The position numbers and the translations under genes were made by a program. Positions 22,071-31,594 of a DNA stretch of 41,899 nt are shown in pieces. Positions within the stretch are counted from its first letter, which is position 1. Every line of letters starts with the position of its first letter. Under the pieces are notes generated by a model that ran no database searches, was not told the origin of the DNA, and worked only from the letters and a program-made list of their open reading frames with translations. Source of the stretch: Deltaproteobacteria bacterium (lineage in GTDB: Bacteria > UBA10199 > SPLOWO2-01-44-7); the NCBI GenBank assembly GCA_016213065.1, contig JACRBV010000119.1, positions 1 to 41,899 of the forward strand, given 5' to 3'.

Positions 22071-23792
22071 TCATAAATCCATTCCGATTTCCGTGACGCG
22101 GGCTACTTCTTCGGGCGTCGTGAGACCTAATAAAACTTTTGACCATCCGTCTTCGACCAATGTTGTCATCCCTTTTTCTATCGCCATTTTTTTGATTTCA
22201 CCAGCCGGGGCTCGTTTCAATATCAACGATCTCACCTCATCCCCCACGGGTAAAAATTCATAAATGGCCGTGCGCCCCGCGTAACCGGTATTGCCGCATT
22301 CTTCACAACCACGCCCGCGGCAAAAGCCGGCTTTGACCGGACGCTTTGCGTTCAAGGCTGAAACTTTCGCGAGCCATTGGCTGGATTCCTCCGCAGAAAT
22401 TTTTTCCTTGCAGGCAGGGCAAATCATGCGGACAAGCCTCTGGGCCACAAAGGCCTCAACGGAAGAGGCAATCAGAAACGGGTCCACCCCCATATCCACA
22501 AGCCTTGCCACGCCGCTTGCGGCATCGTTGGTATGCAGTGTGGAAAAAACAAGGTGTCCCGTCAGGGCCGCCTGAATCGCAATTTTGGCCGTTTCCGCGT
22601 CCCGCACCTCACCGACCATGATAACATCCGGGTCGTGCCGCAGGATGTTTCGAAGGGCGCGCGCAAACGTAAGTCCCACGGCGGCATTCGCCTGAATCTG
22701 AGTGATCCCCCCGATTTCATATTCGACCGGATCTTCCACCGTAATGATTTTTCTCTCCCGCGAATTGATTCTGGAAAGACAGGTATATAATGTGGTGCTC
22801 TTGCCGCTACCGGTGGGGCCCGTTACAAAAACAATCCCATGAGGCTTGGCGATTAACTGCTCAAAAATTTTCAGGGCTTCTTCCTGCATCCCCAGATTTT
22901 CAAAACGAAACTCCGCCTTGGAAGGTAAAAGTCTTATCGCCAAATCTTCGCCGTGTCTTGCCGGCATGCTGGAAACGCGCAGGTCAAATTCCTTGGGGCC
23001 AATCTGGATGCGGCTTCGGCCGTCCTGAGGGAGGCGCTTCTCCACGATATCCATCCCCGCCATAATCTTGATGCGGGAAAGGATGGCGGGCGCCAGATAC
23101 CGGATGTCCATGGGCAGATGGGCGTCGGATAAAACGCCGTCCACGCGGTAACGCACCGCGATTTTTCCACGGGCCGGCTCCACATGGATATCGGTGGCTC
23201 CTCTACGAACAGCCTCTTCCAAAATTTGATTGACCAGTTTGACTACCGTGGCATCTTCCGAAGATTCCGAATCCCCGCTGATCTCCGAAACTTCCTCTTT
23301 TGCCGAAATATCCGAAATGGAAACCGAGTCTTCGTCTTCCGTGAGAATTTTCTCAACTGTTTCCGCGCCGACGCCGTAATGTTTGCGGATGGCTTCCGCG
23401 ATATCTTTCCTGCAGGCCAGAACAACCCGCGGATGCAGACCCACATTCACTTCAACGTCATCGAGAGGCCAGTTGTTTAATGGGTCGTTCACCGCGAGGG
23501 TCAGCACGTTTCCTTCCCGTTTTACGGGCATTATTTTGTAATAAGTCACCAGTTTGATGGGCAGGGCCTTGACCGCTTCCGGGGAAATTTCGGTTTTTTT
23601 AAGATCAATAAAATCGATGTGCAACTGTTCCCCCAAGGCAAGGAGCACATTTTTCTCCGTCACCTTTCCCATTTTTTCCAGTATTTCGCCGATGGGCCTC
23701 CTGCTTTTTTGCTGTTCCTTGAGAGCGGTGTCCACATCTTCCTTGGTCACCAGCCCTTTTTGCACCAGAATTTCTCCCAAACGTAGCCTCAT
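22071..23792 (-). CDS. gspE: T2SS/T4P assembly ATPase GspE/PilB with an MshEN-type N-terminal domain
   Basis: Walker A GIVFVTGPTGSGKSTTLY, Asp box ITVEDPVEY, Walker B DPDVIMVGEVRD, His box LTGHLVFSTLHTN. Tetracysteine CPACK...CEECGNTGYAGR. The N-terminal RLGEILVQKGLVTKEDVDTALKEQ matches the MshEN motif. Confidence 0.9.
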   Translation of the reverse strand: MRLRLGEILVQKGLVTKEDVDTALKEQQKSRRPIGEILEKMGKVTEKNVLLALGEQLHIDFIDLKKTEISPEAVKALPIKLVTYYKIMPVKREGNVLTLAVNDPLNNWPLDDVEVNVGLHPRVVLACRKDIAEAIRKHYGVGAETVEKILTEDEDSVSISDISAKEEVSEISGDSESSEDATVVKLVNQILEEAVRRGATDIHVEPARGKIAVRYRVDGVLSDAHLPMDIRYLAPAILSRIKIMAGMDIVEKRLPQDGRSRIQIGPKEFDLRVSSMPARHGEDLAIRLLPSKAEFRFENLGMQEEALKIFEQLIAKPHGIVFVTGPTGSGKSTTLYTCLSRINSRERKIITVEDPVEYEIGGITQIQANAAVGLTFARALRNILRHDPDVIMVGEVRDAETAKIAIQAALTGHLVFSTLHTNDAASGVARLVDMGVDPFLIASSVEAFVAQRLVRMICPACKEKISAEESSQWLAKVSALNAKRPVKAGFCRGRGCEECGNTGYAGRTAIYEFLPVGDEVRSLILKRAPAGEIKKMAIEKGMTTLVEDGWSKVLLGLTTPEEVARVTEIGMDL

Positions 23793-23876
23793 AAAAAAAT
23801 TAAAAATTAAAAATAAAAAATTAAAAATAAAAAATCAAAAATAAAAAATTTAGAAATCAAAATTTAAAATCCCCAA
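23793..23876. repeat. A-rich heptad/hexad array (family A-like, no inverted partner) forming the whole atpD-gspE spacer
   Basis: AAAAAAATTAAAAATTAAAAATAAAAAATTAAAAATAAAAAATCAAAAATAAAAAATTTAGAAATCAAAATTTAAAATCC... Nearly GC-free for 84 nt. Confidence 0.8.
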
Positions 23877-26145
<2,269 letters not shown>

Positions 26146-26148
26146 AAA

Positions 26149-27225
26149 TTAGCACTCCCCCCGCACAATTTCCTGCAATTGTTTTGGTGATGGCAACTTG
26201 CCTTTCAGTTTGTCTGGAAGTTTTGATTGGAGGTGATACTCAGCAACACCAATGGGGTTGGACTTGGATTTGAGCGCAAACTCAACTTCCAAAGAGTCCT
26301 TCTCAGCGCAGAGAATAATTCCAATGGAGGGATTATCATGAAGAGTGCGTTCTTTTTCATTCAGCAGATTTAGATAAAAATCCATCTTTCCTGCAAATTC
26401 CGGCTCGAATTGCCCGACCTTCAGTTCCACGGCCACCAGCGCTTTGAGAAAGCGGTGATAAAACAGAAGATCAATGAAATATTCTTTCCGCCCAAGCACG
26501 AGGCGATGTTGCCGGCCTATAAAGCAAAAGCCATAGCCCAATTCGAGAATAAACTCCTTTAACTTCTCGATGAGTCTGTCTTCCAGTTCTCTCTCACTCA
26601 CCTCGCGATGGATGCCGAGGAACTCGAGGCTGTAGGAGCTCTTGAGTGTTTCGTCTGCCTGCTCGGCAAAGCGTTCGGGTAAAGTTGCCGGAAAGTTGTG
26701 AGTTTTCCCCTGCGAAAGAGTGCGTTCATAGGCCTCAGCCTTAATCTGATTGAGAAGGACATTGCGGCTCCAACCGAACCTCGCCGTAGCGCGAAGATAA
26801 TAAAGACGGGCAGGAGGATCTTCCACTTTATTTAGAATCAACAAATGATGGCCCCATGGGATTTCGGCAACGGCCTGTCGCCAAAATTCGGAATTATTTA
26901 TGTCTTTTTCTTCTCCTATTTTGGCGACAGCCTGTCGCCAAAATTCAGGGGAAGAGTACGAGATGAAAAAGCGTTTCATATCCCGCAAATTACGGGGCGA
27001 AAAACCGGTCACTCCGGGAAAGGTGTTGAGCAAGTCTTTTGAGAGCCGCTCAATAACCGATTCACCCCACCCGAGCTGTTTTTGTTTTTCCGTAATCGCC
27101 AAACCGATATCCCAATAAAGAAAAATTAGATCCCGATTAACCGCTCGAACAGCTGAAACACGTGCCGACTGGATGCGGAATTTTAATTGTCCAAGAAATT
27201 CATGATATGCAGTTAACTTGGTCAT
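26149..27225 (-). CDS. PDDEXK-nuclease family protein, DUF1016 / YhcG-like
   Basis: 358 aa with a YhcG-type N-terminal region (...RAVNRDLIFLYWDIGLAITEKQKQLGWGESVIERLSKDL...FSPRNLRDMKRFF...IPWGHHLLIL). The C-terminal nuclease core reads YGFCFIGRQHRLVLGRKEYFIDLLFYHRFLKALVAVELKVGQF. Confidence 0.85.
   Translation of the reverse strand: MTKLTAYHEFLGQLKFRIQSARVSAVRAVNRDLIFLYWDIGLAITEKQKQLGWGESVIERLSKDLLNTFPGVTGFSPRNLRDMKRFFISYSSPEFWRQAVAKIGEEKDINNSEFWRQAVAEIPWGHHLLILNKVEDPPARLYYLRATARFGWSRNVLLNQIKAEAYERTLSQGKTHNFPATLPERFAEQADETLKSSYSLEFLGIHREVSERELEDRLIEKLKEFILELGYGFCFIGRQHRLVLGRKEYFIDLLFYHRFLKALVAVELKVGQFEPEFAGKMDFYLNLLNEKERTLHDNPSIGIILCAEKDSLEVEFALKSKSNPIGVAEYHLQSKLPDKLKGKLPSPKQLQEIVRGEC
26918..26944. 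repeat. 27-bp perfect palindrome inside the DUF1016 gene
   Basis: ATTTTGGCGACAG C CTGTCGCCAAAAT. A degenerate second copy (GGCAACGGCCTGTCGCCAAAATTC) lies ~60 nt upstream. Together they encode the duplicated peptide EFWRQAVA. Confidence 0.8.
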
Positions 27226-27259
27226 TTGATCATAAAGAAATATCGAAGCTTCATTTTTT

Positions 27260-27997
27260 TTAAAGATTTCCCTTCTTCAGCATTCCGGCGGCTTCTTTGA
27301 TTCTGTTTTCTACACTGCCGTCCAAAATCAAACTGCCCAGCTTCAAAATAATTCCCCCCGCAAAATCCTTTTTCAACTCTTCTTTCAAGCTGAGTTTTCG
27401 GCCCGTTTTTTTCTCCAGAATATTTTTGATCTCCGTCTTGTGCGCGGAACTTAAGGGAGACCGGCTGACAATGCCTATCTCGTCAAAATCCACGGAGACT
27501 CTTCCGGCATCCATAGCCCTGATTTCTTCGATGAGTTCACAAGCCAGTTGTTCATCCAGTCCTTTTTCCATTCTTGCACCGACAAAAATACGAACGAGTT
27601 CCGCCCCAACCACCGCCGCCTTGGCTTCCACTTCCATCGCCATTCTCTGTACCGCCTTGGCCTCCAGTTTTTTAGCTCCGGAGACAATCCGGTCGCTTTC
27701 CTCTCTTGCTTTGGCGAGCATTTTTCCGCGCTCTTCTTCCAATTCTTTCTTGGCCTCCTCGCGCTGTCTGCGGACATCCTCGGTCGTCTGTTCCACTTTT
27801 CGGCGGTATTCTTCTTCGGCCTCCTCTATCTTCGTCTTCATTTCCGAGAGGCGCTTTGCATTTTCATCATCAACCAGCTTGAGCCGGTTGACGGCGCTCA
27901 AAGTATCTTTGACCATAAGGCGTCGGAGAAAAATAATGACGACGGCAAACACCAACACCTGTATAAGAAGAAAGCCTGCAATAAATTCGATTGTCAT
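27260..27997 (-). CDS. F-type ATPase b subunit fused to a delta(OSCP) C-terminal-like domain
   Basis: N-terminal TM (IAGFLLIQVLVFAVVIIFL) plus a ~100-aa charged coiled coil, which is b-like. The C-terminal ...IVSRSPLSSAHKTEIKNILEKKTGRKLSLKEELKKDFAGGIILKLGSLILDGSVENRIKE matches the delta C-terminal signature (GG..v.vG....DgSv...L). SD AAGGAG lies upstream. Confidence 0.7.
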   Translation of the reverse strand: MTIEFIAGFLLIQVLVFAVVIIFLRRLMVKDTLSAVNRLKLVDDENAKRLSEMKTKIEEAEEEYRRKVEQTTEDVRRQREEAKKELEEERGKMLAKAREESDRIVSGAKKLEAKAVQRMAMEVEAKAAVVGAELVRIFVGARMEKGLDEQLACELIEEIRAMDAGRVSVDFDEIGIVSRSPLSSAHKTEIKNILEKKTGRKLSLKEELKKDFAGGIILKLGSLILDGSVENRIKEAAGMLKKGNL

Positions 27998-28007
27998 AAG
28001 AGCTCCT

Positions 28008-28220
28008 TCACTTTCCGAATAATTGAAACAAAACCAAAAGGGCGATCACCGCAATGGCTTCCGCGAAAATCAGCGCGATAATCATCGCCATCAAAATTTT
28101 CGGGGCTGAAGAGGGATTTCTTCCAAGCGCACGGATGCTTGAATAACCGATAACGGCAATAACAGCCGAGGGGCCAAGAATCGTTACCAGCATCACCAAT
28201 ATAATGACAAAATTTCGCAC
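28008..28220 (-). CDS. atpE: F-type ATPase c subunit (proteolipid)
   Basis: 70-aa two-helix hairpin with loop RALGRNPSS and a carboxylate in helix 2 (ALIFAEAIAVIALLV). GTG start at 28220 is preceded by GGAGGAATA and overlaps the epsilon TAG by 1 nt. Confidence 0.85.
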   Translation of the reverse strand: MRNFVIILVMLVTILGPSAVIAVIGYSSIRALGRNPSSAPKILMAMIIALIFAEAIAVIALLVLFQLFGK

Positions 28221-28450
28221 TATTCCTCCACAAGCACCACCAGCCGGTTTCCGCGAAACCGCATAATCCCGCCTTTGACATTCAGATATTTTGTGCCGTC
28301 AATAACCATGCGCCCTTTTTTCAGGAGACTCACAACGGGACAATGATAAGGAAGGATTTCGAATTCCCCCGTGTCCCCCTGTAAAAAAGCGCTCTCTGCT
28401 TTCCCTTCAAATAAAACTCTCTTCGCGTTCAGTATGACGATATCAAACAC
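28220..28450 (-). CDS. atpC: F-type ATPase epsilon subunit, beta-sandwich domain only
   Basis: 76 aa. FDIVILNAKRVLFEGKAESAFLQGDTGEFEILPYHCPVVSLLKKGRMVIDG...VKGGIMRFRGNRLVVLVEE fits the epsilon N-terminal domain (...G..gilp.H.p....L..G.......v.gG...v....v.vl). GTG start overlaps the alpha stop by 8 nt. There is no C-terminal helical hairpin. Confidence 0.7.
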   Translation of the reverse strand: MFDIVILNAKRVLFEGKAESAFLQGDTGEFEILPYHCPVVSLLKKGRMVIDGTKYLNVKGGIMRFRGNRLVVLVEE

Positions 28451-29759
28451 TTTTTTTATATTCCTCGATCTGCATCTCTGACAGGCCGTCCAGATTGCCC
28501 TTCATCAGCGCGCTCAAAAAAGCGGCCTGCCTTTTCAAAGAAATGGGCGTGTTTTTGTCCTGCCTTAAAAGGGCCGTGATGGCTTCCCCCCTCTTGATCC
28601 GGCTCTCCGCCTCGGCAGACAGCCCCACTTTGAGTTTTGTCAAGCGCTGTAAATCTCGGTACCGCATGTATTCCAAACGCAGGGGAGATTTTTTCTCCTT
28701 TAATTCCTGCGGCTGGACCAGAGAGCCGATGATGGAAACCGATTGGGCAATGTCCACGGCGGGTTTGAATCCCCCTTTGAAAATATCCGCGTTCAAATAA
28801 ATTTGGCCGTCCGTCATGGAAATGAAATTGGAGGGAATAAATCCCGTCACATCCCCGTGCAGGGTATCCACGATCAGCAAAGAAGTTATGGAACCGCCGC
28901 CGTGCTCCCGATGCAGTTTTCCCGCCCGCTCCAAAAGTTGTGTGTGCAGGTAAAAAATATCCCCCGGATACGCCTCCCTGCCCGGAGGTCTTCCCAGCAA
29001 AAGAGAAAGCTGGCGGTAGCACCACGCGTGTTTCGTCATGTCATCAAAAACAACCAGACAGTCTTGGCCCTTTTGCATGAAATACTCGGCCAATGCTGTG
29101 GCGGTAAAAGGGATCAGATACTGTTCCCCGGCCGGGGAGGCCGCGGGCGCCGCGGCGATGAGGGTATAATCCAAAGCCCCGCGGGCTTTGAGAAGGCCGG
29201 CCACCTTTATTAATGAACTCATGCTCTTGCCGATACAGCAATAAATGCAGATGACGTTTTTTCCCTTCTGATTCAAAATGGCATCCACGGCGATGGTTGT
29301 CTTTCCCGTCATCCGGTCACCCACGATCATCTGCCTTTGACCCTTAGCGATGGGAACGAAGGCATCTATTATGGTTGTTCCTGTTTCAAGAAAGGAATCC
29401 GCCGGTTCGCGGTCCATCGTTTCCGGAGCCTCACACATGACGGGAAAATAATCGGCAGGCTCAATCTTTCCCTTGTCGTCACAGGGTTCTCCCAGCGCAT
29501 TCACGACCCTGCCCAAAAATTTTTCTCCGACGGGAACCTTGAAGGTCTCCGCCCGGCTGAAACAGGCGTCGCCTAAGCGGACTTTGGCTTCATTGCCCAG
29601 AATCAGCGTCAGCGTGTCCGTCTTGGTAAAGCCCATAATCATCCCGGGCACACCGCTTTCAAACGAGACAACCTGACCGTTGAGACACGAATGAAATCCC
29701 GCCACGCGCGCAATATTTTTGCAGACGGCCTTGACTTGTCCCGCTTCTTTGATTTCCAT
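28443..29759 (-). CDS. atpA: F-type ATPase alpha subunit, paralogue 1 (short, 438 aa)
   Basis: ...VPVGEKFLGRVVNALGEPCD..., P-loop GDRMTGKTTIAVDAILNQ (canonical GDRQTGKT), VICIYCCIGKS, LVVFDDMTKHAWCYRQLSLLLGRPPGREAYPGDIFYLHTQLLERAGKL, ISMTDGQIYL. ATG 29759 lies 1 nt after the stop of the upstream lipoprotein gene. Confidence 0.9.
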   Translation of the reverse strand: MEIKEAGQVKAVCKNIARVAGFHSCLNGQVVSFESGVPGMIMGFTKTDTLTLILGNEAKVRLGDACFSRAETFKVPVGEKFLGRVVNALGEPCDDKGKIEPADYFPVMCEAPETMDREPADSFLETGTTIIDAFVPIAKGQRQMIVGDRMTGKTTIAVDAILNQKGKNVICIYCCIGKSMSSLIKVAGLLKARGALDYTLIAAAPAASPAGEQYLIPFTATALAEYFMQKGQDCLVVFDDMTKHAWCYRQLSLLLGRPPGREAYPGDIFYLHTQLLERAGKLHREHGGGSITSLLIVDTLHGDVTGFIPSNFISMTDGQIYLNADIFKGGFKPAVDIAQSVSIIGSLVQPQELKEKKSPLRLEYMRYRDLQRLTKLKVGLSAEAESRIKRGEAITALLRQDKNTPISLKRQAAFLSALMKGNLDGLSEMQIEEYKKSV

Positions 29760-29760
29760 G

Positions 29761-30477
29761 TTACGGTTTTACGTTTGCAATGGCTTCTTCATTCATCTTC
29801 ACTTTTTCCTCAACAAAGGTGTCCATGATAAAACGGTTGACGGCCTCGTCTTTCAATTTTTTGTTGTATTCAAAAGATACCTGCTCCTTCACTTTTTCAA
29901 ACGGCTTTTTTTCGTATTTACCCTTGTTGGCCTCATAGTATCTTAAAAGGTCTTCCTCACGCGCTTCAATTTTTCCAAGTTTTCTTTCCAGAAGTTTTTC
30001 AGCAAGTATGCCACGCCGTGCCTGCTCCAGAAGAAAAACAATGTCTCTGTCTTTTTCTAATCCTTCTCTTTTCGCCCTTTTTGCCAGAGCAGTGCGGGCA
30101 ACATATTGGCGGATGAAATCCGTTCTCCATTCTTTGCTCGTTTCAAAATTTTCCTTAAGAAACCGGTTGAGTTTGTCCGCGGCCTGCTTTATTTCCGAGA
30201 AAGTTATCGCTTCCTTTCCGATGGTCGCAATAACTGCTTCTCCCGTCGCCGGTTTTTTCCCGGAGCAGGAGACGGGAAACAGAGAGGCAGAGAGGCAGAG
30301 AAGCAGAGAACACCATTTTTTATTCAAATGCCTATATCCTTGAGTCCCGTAAGAAAACCTTTGCTCTCTTTTGTCATCCCCGCGCAGGCGGGGATCCAGT
30401 GATTTCAATGGTTTCTGGATTCCCGCTTTCGCGGGAATGACAGAACGGGATTCAAGGATATAGGCATTTTTATTCAT
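29761..30477 (-). CDS. SurA-N/PpiD-like periplasmic chaperone-type lipoprotein, N-terminus interrupted by a MITE
   Basis: The mature part (...ATIGKEAITFSEIKQAADKLNRFLKEN...LLRYYEANKGKYEKKPFEKVKEQVSFEYNKKLKDEAVNRFIMD) resembles SurA N-terminal/PpiD chaperone domains. The lipobox LFPVSC follows (M/L)NKKWCSLLLCLSAS. Codons 4-53 of the ATG-30477 ORF (NAYILESRSVIPAKAGIQ...) are MITE plus duplicated target. An alternative TTG start lies at 30327. Confidence 0.55.
   Translation of the reverse strand: MNKNAYILESRSVIPAKAGIQKPLKSLDPRLRGDDKREQRFSYGTQGYRHLNKKWCSLLLCLSASLFPVSCSGKKPATGEAVIATIGKEAITFSEIKQAADKLNRFLKENFETSKEWRTDFIRQYVARTALAKRAKREGLEKDRDIVFLLEQARRGILAEKLLERKLGKIEAREEDLLRYYEANKGKYEKKPFEKVKEQVSFEYNKKLKDEAVNRFIMDTFVEEKVKMNEEAIANVKP
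30326..30469. mobile_element. MITE-like palindromic element, copy 2 (144 bp, opposite orientation)
   Basis: Its reverse complement aligns with copy 1 along the whole length except a ~22-nt deletion in the second hairpin. It is flanked by the direct repeat TTATTC (30320-30325 and 30470-30475). Confidence 0.85.
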
Positions 30478-30478
30478 A

Positions 30479-31030
30479 TTATTTTTTCAATGCTCCTTCC
30501 AGTTCCTGAATTTTGGTCTGTAAATCGGCTTTTTCTTTTTCCAGTTGAGCGACCAGATCACTGGTTTCCGGTTTGACATTCATTCCTTCCTTGACCGCGC
30601 GCGCATCGGCAATGCGCTGGATCTCGCCACGGAGTTCGTCCAGTTTTAAGAGCAGGGCTCTTCTCTCTTTGTTTAAATTTTCAACCATCCGGTTGGCCTC
30701 GGCCAAATCTTTTTGGACATCCTGCCTATTCACATTTTTTTTAAGCGCCGCGATAGAGGCCTGATTGACTTCCGCATCGCTCTGAAGATTTCGGACAGCC
30801 ATGAGGAGCCGGTCCCTCTCCGCCTGAAGGGCCTTGGCGAAATCCTCTTTTTTTTGCAGATCCAGTTCCATAATGCGATTTTTAACCAAAAGATCCGCCG
30901 TCCCTTTAAAAGGACCGATGGTAACCGCAAACGCTATTGCCACCGTCAAGCCTGCCGCATAAACCCCCAGCAAAATCACGGCCGTTTTTGCCGCATTGAT
31001 TTTACCGAACAGATTTTTGAAGAAATTCAT
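30479..31030 (-). CDS. Single-pass membrane coiled-coil protein, unknown function
   Basis: ORF trimmed to ATG 31030, which has a strong SD (AAGGAGGTGTTTATG). Sequence is MNFFKNLFGKINAAKTAVILLGVYAAGLTVAIAFAVTI (TM) followed by ~140 aa of heptad-like K/E/L/Q coiled coil. The architecture resembles ATPase b or PilN/GspB-type stalk proteins. Confidence 0.5.
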   Translation of the reverse strand: MNFFKNLFGKINAAKTAVILLGVYAAGLTVAIAFAVTIGPFKGTADLLVKNRIMELDLQKKEDFAKALQAERDRLLMAVRNLQSDAEVNQASIAALKKNVNRQDVQKDLAEANRMVENLNKERRALLLKLDELRGEIQRIADARAVKEGMNVKPETSDLVAQLEKEKADLQTKIQELEGALKK

Positions 31031-31048
31031 AAACACCTCCTTGCAGAA

Positions 31049-31123
31049 GGACCATGGACCATGGACCAACTGCTTTTTCTGGTTTTTAGTCCATGGTCTA
31101 TGGTCCATAGTCCATGGTCTTGT
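31049..31123. repeat. Family G heptad hairpin, cargo-free, intergenic
   Basis: Left arm GGACCAT GGACCAT GGACCAA, then the loop, then right arm GTCCATG GTCTATG GTCCATA GTCCATG GTCTTGT. Positions 31049-31066 pair with 31089-31106, 18 bp with one G-U. The loop begins with AAC after GGACC and ends GGTTTTTA before GTCC, as in the 4490-4599 copy. Confidence 0.85.
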
Positions 31124-31130
31124 ACTTAAA

Positions 31131-31502
31131 TTAGTATCCCATAAACAACGCCGGATTGTTACGATACAAATCTCGGCGCCGGTTTTTGGACGGATCCTTA
31201 ATCATTTCTACAATCAGCGTGGCCTCGTCGGCATACAGCGTATCCGGATAACGGGACAGGATTTTTTCGCAATACTCCAGCGATGTCACATAGTCGCTGG
31301 TCATCTCTAGTTTCTGCGCCAGATCCAGCCACTGTTTGGCCTGATAGTGATCTTTTTTGCTGAGATTCGCCGTTGATTCGGGAGGCCTCGATGTCAGAGC
31401 GCTTGGCGGACGCTGTTTTACCCCGCAGGCAGACGCCAGAAAAAAAAGAGCTATAGCAAGAGCAAAACAAAATGTCCGTTTTTGTGTATGCCAGTTTGTC
31501 AT
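31131..31502 (-). CDS. Small TPR-like lipoprotein downstream of the secretin (possible pilotin/BamD-like)
   Basis: MTNWHTQKRTFCFALAIALFFLASAC carries the lipobox LASAC. It is followed by ...HYQAKQWLDLAQKLEMTSDYVTSLEYCEKILSRYPDTLYADEATLIV, which is TPR-like. ATG 31502 lies inside a MITE core. The track ORF extends to ATG 31607 through the repeat (FWIPAFAGMT). Confidence 0.5.
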   Translation of the reverse strand: MTNWHTQKRTFCFALAIALFFLASACGVKQRPPSALTSRPPESTANLSKKDHYQAKQWLDLAQKLEMTSDYVTSLEYCEKILSRYPDTLYADEATLIVEMIKDPSKNRRRDLYRNNPALFMGY

Positions 31503-31575
31503 TCCCGCGAAGGCGGGAATCCAGAAAAGCTGAAAAAGACTGGATCCCTGCCTTCGCAGGGATGACAAAACGGGG
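31491..31575. mobile_element. MITE-family core element, copy 3 (short form lacking the outer TIRs)
   Basis: CCAGTTTGTCATTCCCGCGAAGGCGGGAATCCAGAAAAGCTGAAAAAGACTGGATCCCTGCCTTCGCAGGGATGACAAAACGGGG. It has the same two hairpins as copies 1 and 2. Confidence 0.75.
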
Positions 31576-31594
31576 TTTTTAGAAAGATTTTTTT

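Noticed and set aside
21910-22146. The 78-aa ORF (…WIPAYAGMTERDSNA) and the similar N-terminal extensions of ORFs 29761..30477 and 31131..31607
   Set aside because: These peptides are translations of the GC-rich hairpins of the MITE-like element (GTCATTCCCGC...GCGGGAATCCAG), not genes.
27297-28022. Long antisense ORFs opposite well-supported genes, for example 27297..28022(+), 6446..7222(+), 8128..8715(+), 8977..9615(+), 17397..18035(+), 18768..19364(+), 19895..20849(+), 28456..29025(-) and 24918..25511(+)
   Set aside because: Each lies entirely within, and opposite or out of frame to, a gene with strong family motifs. Their products are low-complexity (S/R/F-rich) with no recognisable motifs or ribosome-binding sites.
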